A DNA stretch of 64,000 nucleotides from Eledone cirrhosa. Taxonomy: Eukaryota. The notes beneath the pieces are model-generated. The model saw only the letters and a program-made list of their open reading frames with translations, searched no databases and had not been told where the DNA came from. The translations under genes and the position numbers were made by a program. Where the stretch lies: contig OZ024743.1 in assembly GCA_964016885.1 (NCBI GenBank), positions 50,716,001 through 50,780,000 of the forward strand. The letters run 5' to 3'. This document shows, in pieces, positions 25,041 to 40,245 of the stretch (position 1 is the first letter of the stretch; every line of letters starts with the position of its first letter).

Positions 25041-25214
25041 CTTCGTTCTAATTCTAAATAGTTACTTCACCAGAGTTTTTGGTTCTAACACTAAATAGCT
25101 ACTTCACCAAAGGTCTTCGTTCTAACATTGAATAGTTACTTCACCAAAGGTCTTGGTTCTATCTCTAAATAGTTACTTCAACAAAGTTCTTGGTTCTAAC
25201 ATTAAATAGTCACT

Positions 25215-28200
25215 TCACCAAAGTTCTTGGTTCTAACTCTAAATAGTTACTTCACCAAACTTCTTGGTTCTATCTCTAAATAGTTACTTCACCAAATTTC
25301 TTGGTTCTAACTCTAAATAGTTACTTCACCAAAGTTCTTGGTTCTAATTCTAAATAGTTACTTCAACAAAGTTCTTGGTAATAACTCTAAATAGTTACTT
25401 CACCAAAGTTCTTGGTTCTAACTTTAAATAGTTACTTCACCAAATGTCTTGGTTCTATCTCTAAATAGTTACTTCACCAAAGCTCTTGGTTCTAACTTTA
25501 AATAGTTACTTCACCAAAGTTCTTGGTTCTAACTCTAAATAGTTACTTCACCAAAGTTCTTGGTTCTAAATATTTAAATAGTAACTTCAATAAAAGGACT
25601 TGGTTCTAACTCTAAATAGTTACTTCACCAAAGTTCTTGGTTCTAACTGTAAGTAGTTACTTCACCAAAGTTCTTGGTTCTAACTCTAAATAGTTACTTC
25701 ACCAAAGTTCTTGGTTCTAACATTAAATAGTTGGTTCTAATTCTAAATAGTTACTTCACCAAAATTCTTGGTTCTAACTCTAAATCGTTACTTCACCAAA
25801 GTTATTGGTTCTAACTTTATATAGTTAATTCACCAAAGTTCTTGGTTCTATCTCTAAATAGTTATTACACAAATGATCTTGGTTCTAAATAGATACTTCA
25901 CCAAAGTTCTTCGTTCTAACTCTAAATAGTTACTTCACCAAGGTTCTTGGTTCTAATTCTAAATAGTTACTTCACCAACGTTCTTGGTTCTAACTCTAAG
26001 TAGTTACTACTCGAAAGGATTGGTTCTAACATTAAATAGTTACTTCACCAACGGTCTTGGTTCTATCTCTAAATAGTTACTACTCCAAAGTTCTTGGTTC
26101 TAGCATTAATAGTTACTTCCCCAAAGTTCCTCGTTCTACCTCTAAATAGATACTTAACAAAAGTTTTCGTTGCAACTCTAAATAGTTACTTCACCAAAAA
26201 ACGTGTTTCTAACTCTATATAGTTACTTCACCAAAAATCTTGGTTCTATCATTAAATAGTTACTTCAACATAGTTCTTGGTTCTGTCTCTAAATAGTTAC
26301 TACTAGAAAATTCATGGTTCTAACGCTGAATAGTTATTTTACCAATGTTCTTGGTTCTAACTCTAAATATGTACTACTCCAAAGTACTTGGTTCTAATTC
26401 TAAATAGTTACTTCACCAGAGTTCTTTGTTCTGTCTCTAAATAGTTACTTCACCAAAGGTCTTGGTTCTAACTCTAATTAGTAACTACTCGAAAGGATTG
26501 GTTCTATCGCTAAATAGATACTTATCGAAATTATTGATTCTACCGCTGAATAGTTACTTCACCAAAGTTCTTGGTTCTAATTCTAAATAGTTACTTCACC
26601 AAAGTTCTTGGTTCTAACTCTAAATAGTTACTTCACCAAAGTTCTTGCTTCTAACTCTAAATAGTTACTTCACCAAAATTCTTGGTTCTAACGTTAAATA
26701 GTTACTTCACCAAAGGTCTTGGTTCTATCTCTAAATAGTTTCTACTCCAAAGTTCTTGGTTATAGCATTAATAGTTACTTCCCCAAGGTTCCTCGTTCTA
26801 CCTCTAAATAGATGCTTAACAAAAGTTTTCGTTCTAACGCTAAATAGTTACTTCTCCAAAGGACTTGGTTCTAACTCTAAATAGTTACTTCACCAAAGTA
26901 CTTGGTTCTGTCTCTAAATAGTTACTACTAGAAGATTCATGGTTCTAACACTGAATAGTTATTTTACCAAAGTCCTTGGTTCTAACTCTAAATAGTTACT
27001 TCACTAAAGTTCTTGGTTCTAACTCTAAATATTTACTACTCCAAAGTTCTTGGTTCTAACTCTAAATAGTTACTTCACCAAAGTTCTTCGTTCTAATTCT
27101 AAATAGTTACTTCACCAGAGTTTTTGGTTCTAACACTAAATAGCTACTTCACGAAAGGTCTTCGTTCTAACATTAAATAGTTACTTCACCAAAGGTCTTG
27201 GTTCTATCTCTAAATAGTTACTTCAACAAAGTTCTTGGTTCTAACATTAAATAGTCACTTCACCAAAGTTCTTGGTTCTAACTCTAAATAGTTACTTCAC
27301 CAATCTTCTTGGTTCTATCTCTAAATAGTTTCTACTCCAAAGTTCTTGGTTCTAATTCTAAATAGTTACTTCACCAAAGTTATTCGTTCTAATTCTAAAT
27401 AGTTACTTCACCAAAGTTCTTGGTTCTAACTTTAAATAGTTACTTCACCAAATGTCTTGGTTCTATCTCTAAATAGTTACTTCACCAAAGCTCTTGGTTC
27501 TAACTTTAAATAGTTACTTCACCAAAGTTCTTGGTTCTAACTCTAAATAGTTACTTCACCAAAGTTCTTGGTTCTAAATATTTAAATAGTAACTTCAATA
27601 AAAGGACTTGGTTCTAACTCTAAATAGTTACTTCACCAAAGTTCTTGGTTCTAACTGTAAGTAGTTACTTCACCAAAGTTCTTGGTTCTAACTCTAAATA
27701 GTTACTTCACCAAAGTTCTTGGTTCTAACATTAAATAGTTGGTTCTAATTCTAAATAGTTACTTCACCAAAATTCTTGGTTCTAACTCTAAATCGTTACT
27801 TCACCAAAGTTATTGGTTCTAACTTTATATAGTTAATTCACCAAAGTTCTTGGTTCTATCTCTAAATAGTTATTACACAAATGATCTTGGTTCTAAATAG
27901 ATACTTCACCAAAGTTCTTCGTTCTAACTCTAAATAGTTACTTCACCAAGGTTCTTGGTTCTAATTCTAAATAGTTACTTCACCAACGTTCTTGGTTCTA
28001 ACTCTAAGTAGTTACTACTCGAAAGGATTGGTTCTAACATTAAATAGTTACTTCACCAACGGTCTTGGTTCTATCTCTAAATAGTTACTACTCCAAAGTT
28101 CTTGGTTCTAGCATTAATAGTTACTTCCCCAAAGTTCCTCGTTCTACCTCTAAATAGATACTTAACAAAAGTTTTCGTTGCAACTCTAAATAGTTACTTC

Positions 28201-31200
28201 ACCAAAAAACGTGTTTCTAACTCTATATAGTTACTTCACCAAAAATCTTGGTTCTATCATTAAATAGTTACTTCAACATAGTTCTTGGTTCTGTCTCTAA
28301 ATAGTTACTACTAGAAAATTCATGGTTCTAACGCTGAATAGTTATTTTACCAATGTTCTTGGTTCTAACTCTAAATATGTACTACTCCAAAGTACTTGGT
28401 TCTAATTCTAAATAGTTACTTCACCAGAGTTCTTTGTTCTGTCTCTAAATAGTTACTTCACCAAAGGTCTTGGTTCTAACTCTAATTAGTAACTACTCGA
28501 AAGGATTGGTTCTATCGCTAAATAGATACTTATCGAAATTATTGATTCTACCGCTGAATAGTTACTTCACCAAAGTTCTTGGTTCTAATTCTAAATAGTT
28601 ACTTCACCAAAGTTCTTGGTTCTAACTCTAAATAGTTACTTCACCAAAGTTCTTGCTTCTAACTCTAAATAGTTACTTCACCAAAATTCTTGGTTCTAAC
28701 GTTAAATAGTTACTTCACCAAAGGTCTTGGTTCTATCTCTAAATAGTTTCTACTCCAAAGTTCTTGGTTATAGCATTAATAGTTACTTCCCCAAGGTTCC
28801 TCGTTCTACCTCTAAATAGATGCTTAACAAAAGTTTTCGTTCTAACGCTAAATAGTTACTTCTCCAAAGGACTTGGTTCTAACTCTAAATAGTTACTTCA
28901 CCAAAGTACTTGGTTCTGTCTCTAAATAGTTACTACTAGAAGATTCATGGTTCTAACACTGAATAGTTATTTTACCAAAGTCCTTGGTTCTAACTCTAAA
29001 TAGTTACTTCACTAAAGTTCTTGGTTCTAACTCTAAATATTTACTACTCCAAAGTTCTTGGTTCTAACTCTAAATAGTTACTTCACCAAAGTTCTTCGTT
29101 CTAATTCTAAATAGTTACTTCACCAGAGTTTTTGGTTCTAACACTAAATAGCTACTTCACGAAAGGTCTTCGTTCTAACATTAAATAGTTACTTCACCAA
29201 AGGTCTTGGTTCTATCTCTAAATAGTTACTTCAACAAAGTTCTTGGTTCTAACATTAAATAGTCACTTCACCAAAGTTCTTGGTTCTAACTCTAAATAGT
29301 TACTTCACCAATCTTCTTGGTTCTATCTCTAAATAGTTTCTACTCCAAAGTTCTTGGTTCTAATTCTAAATAGTTACTTCACCAAAGTTATTCGTTCTAA
29401 TTCTAAATAGTTACTTCACCAAAGTTCTTGGTTCTAACTTTAAATAGTTACTTCACCAAAGTTCTTGGTTCTAACTCTAAATAGTTACTTGACTAAGGTT
29501 CTTGGTTCTAATTCTAAATAGTTACTTCACCAAAGGTCTTGGTTCTATCTCTAAATAGTTACTTCACCAAAGTTCTTGGTTCTAACATTAAATAGTGACT
29601 TGACCAAAGGTCTTCGTTCTAACTCTAAATAGTTACTTCACCAAAGTTCTTGGTTCTAATTCTAAATAATTACTTCACCAAAATTCTTAGTTCTAACATT
29701 AAATAGTGACTTGACCAAAGGTCTTGGTTCTAACTCTAAATAGTTACTTCACCAAAGTTCTTGGTTCTAACTCTAAATAGTTACTTCACCAAAGTTCTTG
29801 GTTCTAACATTAAATAGTTACTTGACCAAAGTTCTTGGTTCTAACTGTAAATAGTTACTTCAGCAAAGTTCTTGGTTCTAACATTAAATAGTCACTTCAC
29901 CAAAGGTCTCGGTTCTAACTCTAAATAATTACTACTCCAAAGTTCTTCGTTCTAACTCTAAATAGTTACCTCAACAAAGTTCTTGGTTCTAACTCTAAAT
30001 ATTTACTAGTCCAAAGTTCTTGGTTCTAATCCTAAGGAGTTACTTCACAAACGTTCTTGGTTCTAAATCTAAATAGTTACTACACCAAAGTTCTTGGTTC
30101 TAACTCTAAATAGTTACTTCTTCAAAGTTCTTGATTTTAATTCTAAATAGTTACTACTGCAAAGTTCTTGGTTCTAACTCTAAATAGTTTCTACTCAAAT
30201 GTACTTGGTTTTAACTCTAAAGAGGTGCTACTACAAAGTTCTTGGTTCTAACTCTAAATAGTTACTTCACCAAAGTTCTTGATTCTTACTCTAAATAGTT
30301 ATTACACAAACGTTCATGGTTCTAACTCTAAATAGTTACTTCAGCAAAGTTCTTGGTTCTAACTCTAAGTAGTTACTTAACAAACGTTCTTGGTTATAAA
30401 TCTAAATAGTTACTACTCCAAAGTTCTTGGTTCTAAAACTAAATAGTTACTACTCCAAAGTTGTTGGTTCTAACTCTAAATAGTTACTTCAACAAAGGTC
30501 TTGGTTCTAACTCTAAATAGTTACTACTCCAAACTTCTTGGTTCTAACTCTAAATAGTTACTTCACCAAGGTTCTTGGTTCTAACTCTAAATAGTTACTA
30601 CTCCAAAGTTCTTGGTTTCAACACTAAATAGTTTCTTCACCAAAGCTCTTTGTTCTAATTCTAAATAGTTACTTCACCAAAGTTCTTGGTTCTAGCTCTA
30701 AATAGTTACTCCACCAAAGTTCTTTATTCTAACTCTAAGAAATTAGTTAACAAAAGTTTTTGTTCTCTAAATTTAAATAGTTATTATTCCAAAGTTCTTG
30801 GTTCTAACTCTAAATAGTTACTTCAACAAAGTTCTTGGTTCTACCTCTAAATAGTTACTACTCCAAAGTTCTTGGTTCTGACTCTAAATAGTTACTACTC
30901 CAAAGTTCTTTCTTTTAAATCTAAATAGTTACTTCACCAAAGTTCTTGGTTCTATCTCTAAATAGTTACTTCACCAAGGTTCTTGGTTCTACCTCTACAT
31001 TGTTACTTCCCCCAAAGTTCTTGGTTCTAACTCTAAATAGTTACTACTCCAAAGTTCTTGGTTCTAACTCTAAATATTTACTACTCCACAGTTCTTGGTT
31101 CTAACTCTAAATATTTACTTCATCAAAGTTATAGGTTCTAATTCTAAATAGGTACTTCACCAAATCCTTGGTTCTAACTCTAAGTAGTTCATTTACAAAC

Positions 31201-34200
31201 GTTCTTGGTTCTAAATCTAAATAGTTACTAATCCAAAGTTCTTGGTTCTAACTCTAAATAGTTACTTCACCAAAGTTCTTGATTCTTACTCTAAATAGTT
31301 ATTACACAAACGTTCATGGTTCTAACTCTAAATAGTTAAATAGTTACTTCAGCAACGGTCTTGCTTCTAAATCTAAATAGTTACTACTCCAAAATTCTTG
31401 GTTCTAACTCTAAATAGTTACTTCACCAAAGTTCTTGACTCTTACTCTAAATAGTCATTACACCAAACTTCTTGGTTCTAATTCAAAATAGGTACTTCAC
31501 CAAAGTTATTGGTTCTAACTCTAACTTGTTACTTAACAAACGTTCTTGGTTCTAAATATATAGTTAATTTTCCAAAGTTCTTGTTATTAACGCTAAACAG
31601 TTATTCAGCAAAGTTCCTGGTTCTAACTCTAAATAGTTACTTCACAAAGGTTTTTTGTTCTAAATCTAAATAGTTACTACTGCAAAGTTCTGGTTTCTAA
31701 CTCTAAATAGCTAATTCATCAAAGTTCTTGGTTTAAATTCTAAATAGTTACTACTCCAAAGTTCTTGGTTCTATCTCTAAATAGTTATTATTCCAAGTTC
31801 TTGGTTTTAACTCTAAATAGTTACTTCAGCGAAGTTCCTGGTTCTAACTCTATATAGTTACTACTCCAAAGTACTTGATTTTAAATCTGAAGAGTTGCTC
31901 CTCCGAGGTTATTGGTTCTAACTCTAAACAGTTACTTCACCAAATGTTCTTGGTTCTGACTCTAAATAGTTACTCCACCAAATTTCTTGATTCTAACTCT
32001 ACGTAATTATTTAACAAACGTTCCTGGTGCTAGCTCTAAATAGTTACTAGTCCAAAGTTCTTGGTTCTAACTCTAAGTAGTTACTTAACAAACGTTCTTG
32101 GTTCTAAATCTAAATAGTTACTATTCGAAAGTCCTTGGTTCTAACTCTAAATAGTTACTATTCCAAAGTTCTTGGTTTCATCTCTAAATAGTTACTTCAC
32201 CAAAGTTCTTGACTCTTACTCTAAATAGTCATTACACCAAAGTTCTTGGTTCTAATTCAAAATAGGTACTACTCCAAACTTCTTTGTTCTAAATCTAAAT
32301 AGTTACTACTCAAAGGTACTTGGTTTTAACTCTAAAGCGTTGCTACTCCAAAGTTCTTGGTTCTAACTCTAAATAGTTACTTCACCAAAGTTCTTGGTTC
32401 TAACTCTAAATAGTTACTCCACCAAAGTTCTTGGTTCTAACTCTAAGTAGTTACTTAACAAAAGTTCTTGGTTCTAAGTCTATATAGTTATTTCACCAAA
32501 GTTCTTGGTTCTGACTCTAAATAGTTTTTACATTTTTACACCAAAGTTCTTGGTTCTAATTCTAAATAGTTACTTCACCAAAGTTCTTGGTTCTAACTCT
32601 AAGTAGTTACTTAACAAATGTTCTTGTTTCTAACTCTATATAGTTAATACTCCAAAATTCTTAGTTCTAAAATTAAATAGATATTTCACGAAAGTTTTTG
32701 CTTCTAACTCTAACGAGCTACTTCACAAAGGTTCTTTGTTTTAATTCTAAATAGTTACTTCACCAAAGTTCTTGGTTCTAACGCTAAGTAGTTACATAAC
32801 CAATGTGCTTCGTTATAACTCTAAATAGTTACTACTTCGAAGTTCTTTGTTCTAACTCTCAATAGTTACTACTCCAAAGTTCATTGTTCTGACTCAATTT
32901 AGCTACTTAACCAAAGTTCTTGGTTCTAACTCTAAATAGTTGCTTCACCAAAGTTCTTGGTTCTAATTCTAAATAGATACTTCACCAAAGTTCTTGGTTC
33001 TAACTCTAAGTAGTTACTTAACAAAAGTTCTTAGTTCAAACTCTAAATAGTTACTTCTCAAACGTTCTTTGTTCTAACTCTAAATAATTACTGTGCCAAA
33101 GTTCTTGGTTCTATCTCTATATAATTACCTCACCAAAGTTCTTGGTTCTAACTCTAAAGAGTTACTTTACCAAAGTTTTTTGTTTTTAATTATAAATAGT
33201 TAGTTCCCCAAAATTCTTGCTTCTTACTCACCAACGTTCTAGGTTCTAAATCTAAATAGGTACTACTCCAAAGTTCTTGGTTTTAATTCTAAATAGTTAC
33301 TTCAGCAAAGTTCATGGTTATAACTTGAAATAGTAACTTCACAAAAGTTCTTGGTTCTAACTCTAAATAGTTACTTCACCAAAGTTCTTTATTCTGACTC
33401 TAAATTGTTACTTCAGCAAAGTACTTGGTTCTAAATCTAAATAGGTACTACTCCAAAGTTCTTGGTTTTAATTCTAAATATTAACTTCATCACAGTTCTT
33501 GGTTCTAACTCTATATTTTTAGTTATCTAACGTTCTTGGTTCTAACTCTAAATAGTTACTTCACCAAAGTTCTTTGTTCTAACTCTAAAGAGTTACTTCA
33601 CAAAAGTGCTTTGTTTTAATTCTAAATAGTTACTTCACCAACGTTCTTGGTTCTAAATCTAAATAGGTACTACTCCAAAGTTCTTGGTTTTAACTCTAAA
33701 TAGTTACTTCAGCAAAGTTCTTGGTTCTAACTCTAAATAGTTACTTCACCAAACTTCTTGGTTCTATCTCTAAATAGTTACTTCACCAAATTTCTTGGTT
33801 CTAACTCTAAATAGTTACTTCACCAAAGTTCTTGGTTCTAATTCTAAATAGTTACTTCAACAAAGTTCTTGGTAATAACTCTAAATAGTTACTTCACCAA
33901 AGTTCTTGGTTCTAACTTTAAATAGTTACTTCACCAAATGTCTTGGTTCTATCTCTAAATAGTTACTTCACCAAAGCTCTTGGTTCTAACTTTAAATAGT
34001 TACTTCACCAAAGTTCTTGGTTCTAACTCTAAATAGTTACTTCACCAAAGTTCTTGGTTCTAAATATTTAAATAGTTACTTCAATAAAAGGACTTGGTTC
34101 TAACTCTAAATAGTTACTTCACCAAAGTTCTTGGTTCTAACTGTAAGTAGTTACTTCACCAAAGTTCTTGGTTCTAACTCTAAATAGTTACTTCACCAAA

Positions 34201-37200
34201 GTTCTTGGTTCTAACATTAAATAGTTGGTTCTAATTCTAAATAGTTACTTCACCAAAATTCTTGGTTCTAACTCTAAATCGTTACTTCACCAAAGTTATT
34301 GGTTCTAACTTTATATAGTTACTTCACCAAAGTTCTTGGTTCTATCTCTAAATAGTTATTACACAAATGATCTTGGTTCTAAATAGATACTTCACCAAAG
34401 TTCTTCGTTCTAACTCTAAATAGTTACTTCACCAAGGTTCTTGGTTCTAATTCTAAATAGTTACTTCACCAACGTTCTTGGTTCTAACTCTAAGTAGTTA
34501 CTACTCGAAAGGATTGGTTCTAACATTAAATAGTTACTTCACCAACGGTCTTGGTTCTATCTCTAAATAGTTACTACTCCAAAGTTCTTGGTTCTAGCAT
34601 TAATAGTTACTTCCCCAAAGTTCCTCGTTCTACCTCTAAATAGATACTTAACAAAAGTTTTCGTTGCAACTCTAAATAGTTACTTCACCAAAAAACGTGT
34701 TTCTAACTCTATATAGTTACTTCACCAAAAATCTTGGTTCTATCATTAAATAGTTACTTCAACATAGTTCTTGGTTCTGTCTCTAAATAGTTACTACTAG
34801 AAAATTCATGGTTCTAACGCTGAATAGTTATTTTACCAATGTTCTTGGTTCTAACTCTAAATATGTACTACTCCAAAGTACTTGGTTCTAATTCTAAATA
34901 GTTACTTCACCAGAGTTCTTTGTTCTGTCTCTAAATAGTTACTTCACCAAAGGTCTTGGTTCTAACTCTAAATAGTTACTTCACCAAAGTTCTTGGTTCT
35001 AACTCTAATTAGTTACTACTCGAAAGGATTGGTTCTATCGCTAAATAGATACTTATCGAAATTATTGATTCTACCGCTGAATAGTTACTTCACCAAAGTT
35101 CTTGGTTCTAATTCTAAATAGTTACTTCACCAAAGTTCTTGGTTCTAACTCTAAATAGTTACTTCACCAAAGTTCTTGCTTCTAACTCTAAATAGTTACT
35201 TCACCAAAATTCTTGGTTCTAACGTTAAATAGTTACTTCACCAAAGGTCTTGGTTCTATCTCTAAATAGTTTCTACTCCAAAGTTCTTGGTTCTAGCATT
35301 AATAGTTACTTCCCCAAGGTTCCTCGTTCTACCTCTAAATAGATGCTTAATAAAAGTTATCGTTCTAACGCTAAATAGTTACTTCTCCAAAGGACTTGGT
35401 TCTAACTCTAAATAGTTACTTCACCAAAGTACTTGGTTCTGTCTCTAAATAGTTACTACTAGAAGATTCATGGTTCTAACACTGAATAGTTATTTTACCA
35501 AAGTCCTTGGTTCTAACTCTAAATAGTTACTTCACTAAAGTTCTTGGTTCTAACTCTAAATATTTACTACTCCAAAGTTCTTGGTTCTAACTCTAAATAG
35601 TTACTTCACCAAAGTTCTTCGTTCTAATTCTAAATAGTTACTTCACCAGAGTTTTTGGTTCTAACACTAAATAGCTACTTCACGAAAGGTCTTCGTTCTA
35701 ACATTAAATAATTACTTCACCAAAGGTCTTGGTTCTATCTCTAAATAGTTACTTCAACAAAGTTCTTGGTTCTAACATTAAATAGTCACTTCACCAAAGT
35801 TGTTGGTTCTAACTCTAAATAGTTACTTCACCAATCTTCTTGGTTCTATCTCTAAATAGTTACTTAACCAAATTTCTTGGTTCTAATTCTAAATAGTTAC
35901 TTCACCAAAGTTATTCGTTCTAATTCTAAATAGTTACTTCACCAAAGTTCTTGGTTCTAACTTTAAATAGTTACTTCACCAAAGTTCTTGGTTCTAACTC
36001 TAAATAGTTACTTGACTAAGGTTCTTGGTTCTAATTCTAAATAGTTACTTCACCAAAGGTCTTGGTTCTATCTCTAAATAGTTACTTCACCAAAGTTCTT
36101 GGTTCTAACATTAAATAGTGACTTGACCAAAGGTCTTCGTTCTAACTCTAAATAGTTACTTCACCAAAGTTCTTGGTTCTAATTCTAAATAATTACTTCA
36201 CCAAAATTCTTAGTTCTAACATTAAATAGTGACTTGACCAAAGGTCTTGGTTCTAACTCTAAATAGTTACTTCACCAAAGTTCTTGGTTCTAACTCTAAA
36301 TAGTTACTTCACCAAAGTTCTTGGTTCTAACATTAAATAGTTACTTGACCAAAGTTCTTGGTTCTAACTGTAAATAGTTACTTCAGCAAAGTTCTTGGTT
36401 CTAACATTAAATAGTCACTTCACCAAAGGTCTCGGTTCTAACTCTAAATAGTTACTACTCCAAAGTTCTTCGTTCTAACTCTAAATAGTTACCTCAACAA
36501 AGTTCTTGGTTCTAACTCTAAATATTTACTAGTCCAAAGTTCTTGGTTCTAATCCTAAGGAGTTACTTCACAAACGTTCTTGGTTCTAAATCTAAATAGT
36601 TACTACACCAAAGTTCTTGGTTCTAACTCTAAATAGTTACTTCTTCAAAGTTCTTGATTTTAATTCTAAATAGTTACTACTGCAAAGTTCTTGGTTCTAA
36701 CTCTAAATAGTTTCTACTCAAATGTATTTGGTTTTAACTCTAAAGAGGTGCTACTACAAAGTTCTTGGTTCTAACTCTAAATAGTTACTTCACCAAAGTT
36801 CTTGATTTTTACTCTAAATAGTTATTACACAAACGTTCATGGTTCTAACTCTAAATAGTTACTTCAGCAAAGTTCTTGGTTCTAACTCTAAGTAGTTACT
36901 TAACAAACGTTCTTGGTTATAAATCTAAATAGTTACTACTCCAAAGTTCTTGGTTCTAAAACTAAATAGTTACTACTCCAAAGTTGTTGGTTCCAACTCT
37001 AAATAGTTACTTCAACAAAGGTCTTGGTTCTAACTCTAAATAGTTACTACTCCAAACTTCTTGGTTCTAACTCTAAATAGTTACTTCACCAAGGTTCTTG
37101 GTTCTAACTCTAAATAGTTACTACTCCAAAGTTCTTGGTTTCAACACTAAATAGTTTCTTCACCAAAGCTCTTTGTTCTAATTCTAAATAGTTACTTCAC

Positions 37201-40200
37201 CAAAGTTCTTGGTTCTAGCTCTAAATAGTTACTCCACCAAAGTTCTTTATTCTAACTCTAAGAAATTAGTTAACAAAAGTTTTTGTTCTCTAAATTTAAA
37301 TAGTTATTATTCCAAAGTTCTTGGTTCTAACTCTAAATAGTTACTTCAACAAAGTTCTTGGTTCTACCTCTAAATAGTTACTACTCCAAAGTTCTTGGTT
37401 CTGACTCTAAATAGTTACTACTCCAAAGTTCTTTCTTTTAAATCTAAATAGTTACTTCACCAAAGTTCTTGGTTCTATCTCTAAATAGTTACTTCACCAA
37501 GGTTCTTGGTTCTACCTCTACATTGTTACTTCCCCCAAAGTTCTTGGTTCTAACTCTAAATAGTTACTACTCCAAAGTTCTTGGTTCTAACTCTAAATAT
37601 TTACTACTCCACAGTTCTTGGTTCTAACTCTAAATATTTACTTCATCAAAGTTATAGGTTCTAATTCTAAATAGGTACTTCACCAAATCCTTGGTTCTAA
37701 CTCTAAGTAGTTCATTTACAAACGTTCTTGGTTCTAAATCTAAATAGTTACTAATCCAAAGTTCTTGGTTCTAACTCTAAATAGTTACTTCACCAAAGTT
37801 CTTGATTCTTACTCTAAATAGTTATTACACAAACGTTCATGGTTCTAACTCTAAATAGTTAAATAGTTACTTCAGCAACGTTCTTGCTTCTAAATCTAAA
37901 TAGTTACTACTCCAAAATTCTTGGTTCTAACTCTAAATAGTTACTTCACCAAAGTTCTTGACTCTTACTCTAAATAGTCATTACACCAAACTTCTTGGTT
38001 CTAATTCAAAATAGGTACTTCACCAAAGTTATTGGTTCTAACTCTAACTTGTTACTTAACAAACGTTCTTGGTTCTAAATATATAGTTAATTTTCCAAAG
38101 TTCTTGTTATTAACGCTAAACAGTTATTCAGCAAAGTTCCTGGTTCTAACTCTAAATAGTTACTTCACAAAGGTTTTTTGTTCTAAATCTAAATAGTTAC
38201 TACTGCAAAGTTCTGGTTTCTAACTCTAAATAGCTAATTCATCAAAGTTCTTGGTTTAAATTCTAAATAGTTACTACTCCAAAGTTCTTGGTTCTATCTC
38301 TAAATAGTTATTATTCCAAGTTCTTGGTTTTAACTCTAAATAGTTACTTCAGCGAAGTTCCTGGTTCTAACTCTATATAGTTACTACTCCAAAGTACTTG
38401 ATTTTAAATCTGAAGAGTTGCTCCTCCGAGGTTATTGGTTCTAACTCTAAACAGTTACTTCACCAAATGTTCTTGGTTCTGACTCTAAATAGTTACTCCA
38501 CCAAATTTCTTGATTCTAACTCTACGTAATTACTTAACAAACGTTCCTGGTGCTAGCTCTAAATAGTTACTAGTCCAAAGTTCTTGGTTCTAACTCTAAG
38601 TAGTTACTTAACAAACGTTCTTGGTTCTAAATCTAAATAGTTACTATTCGAAAGTCCTTGGTTCTAACTCTAAATAGTTACTATTCCAAAGTTCTTGGTT
38701 TCATCTCTAAATAGTTACTTCACCAAAGTTCTTGACTCTTACTCTAAATAGTCATTACACCAAAGTTCTTGGTTCTAATTCAAAATAGGTACTACTCCAA
38801 ACTTCTTTGTTCTAAATCTAAATAGTTACTACTCAAAGGTACTTGGTTTTAACTCTAAAGCGTTGCTACTCCAAAGTTCTTGGTTCTAACTCTAAATAGT
38901 TACTTCACCAAAGTTCTTGGTTCTAACTCTAAATAGTTACTCCACCAAAGTTCTTGGTTCTAACTCTAAGTAGTTACTTAACAAAAGTTCTTGGTTCTAA
39001 GTCTATATAGTTATTTCACCAAAGTTCTTGGTTCTGACTCTAAATAGTTTTTACATTTTTACACCAAAGTTCTTGGTTCTAATTCTAAATAGTTACTTCA
39101 CCAAAGTTCTTGGTTCTAACTCTAAGTAGTTACTTAACAAATGTTCTTGTTTCTAACTCTATATAGTTAATACTCCAAAATTCTTAGTTCTAAAATTAAA
39201 TAGATATTTCACGAAAGTTTTTGCTTCTAACTCTAACGAGCTACTTCACAAAGGTTCTTTGTTTTAATTCTAAATAGTTACTTCACCAAAGTTCTTGGTT
39301 CTAACGCTAAGTAGTTACATAACCAATGTGCTTCGTTATAACTCTAAATTGTTACTACTTCGAAGTTCTTTGTTCTAACTCTCAATAGTTACTACTCCAA
39401 AGTTCATTGTTCTGACTCAATTTAGCTACTTAACCAAAGTTCTTGGTTCTAACTCTAAATAGTTGCTTCACCAAAGTTCTTGATTCTAATTCTAAATAGA
39501 TACTTCACCAAAGTTCTTGGTTCTAACTCTAAGTAGTTACTTAACAAAAGTTCTTAGTTCAAACTCTAAATAGTTACTTCTCAAACGTTCTTTGTTCTAA
39601 CTCTAAATAATTACTGTGCCAAAGTTCTTGGTTCTATCTCTATATAATTACCTCACCAAAGTTCTTGGTTCTAACTCTAAAGAGTTACTTTACCAAAGTT
39701 TTTTGTTTTTAATTATAAATAGTTAGTTCCCCAAAATTCTTGCTTCTTACTCACCAACGTTCTAGGTTCTAAATCTAAATAGGTACTACTCCAAAGTTCT
39801 TGGTTTTAATTCTAAATAGTTACTTCAGCAAAGTTCATGGTTATAACTTGAAATAGTAACTTCACAAAAGTTCTTGGTTCTAACTCTAAATAGTTACTTC
39901 ACCAAAGTTCTTTATTCTGACTCTAAATTGTTACTTCAGCAAAGTACTTGGTTCTAAATCTAAATAGGTACTACTCCAAAGTTCTTGGTTTTAATTCTAA
40001 ATATTAACTTCATCACAGTTCTTGGTTCTAACTCTATATTTTTAGTTATCTAACGTTCTTGGTTCTAACTCTAAATAGTTACTTCACCAAAGTTCTTTGT
40101 TCTAACTCTAAAGAGTTACTTCACAAAAGTGCTTTGTTTTAATTCTAAATAGTTACTTCACCAACGTTCTTGGTTCTAAATCTAAATAGGTACTACTCCA

Positions 40201-40245
40201 AAGTTCTTGGTTTTAACTCTAAATAGTTACTTCAGCAAAGTTCCT
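25215..40245 (+). repeat. ~6.5-kb satellite block duplicated in tandem; the first copy contains the extra 2008-bp duplication
   Basis: Offset 6523 for CCTAAGG (30031/36554), CATTTTT (32531/39054) and AGTTATCTAA (33521/40044). Offset 8494 (6486+2008) for GGTAATAACT (25377/33871). Confidence 0.88.
25400..29450 (+). repeat. Tandem duplication of a 2008-bp satellite block (2 copies; a related third copy at ~33.9-35.9 kb)
   Basis: Markers TAAAAGGACT at 25591/27599 and ACGTG at 26201/28209/34695. Confidence 0.9.
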
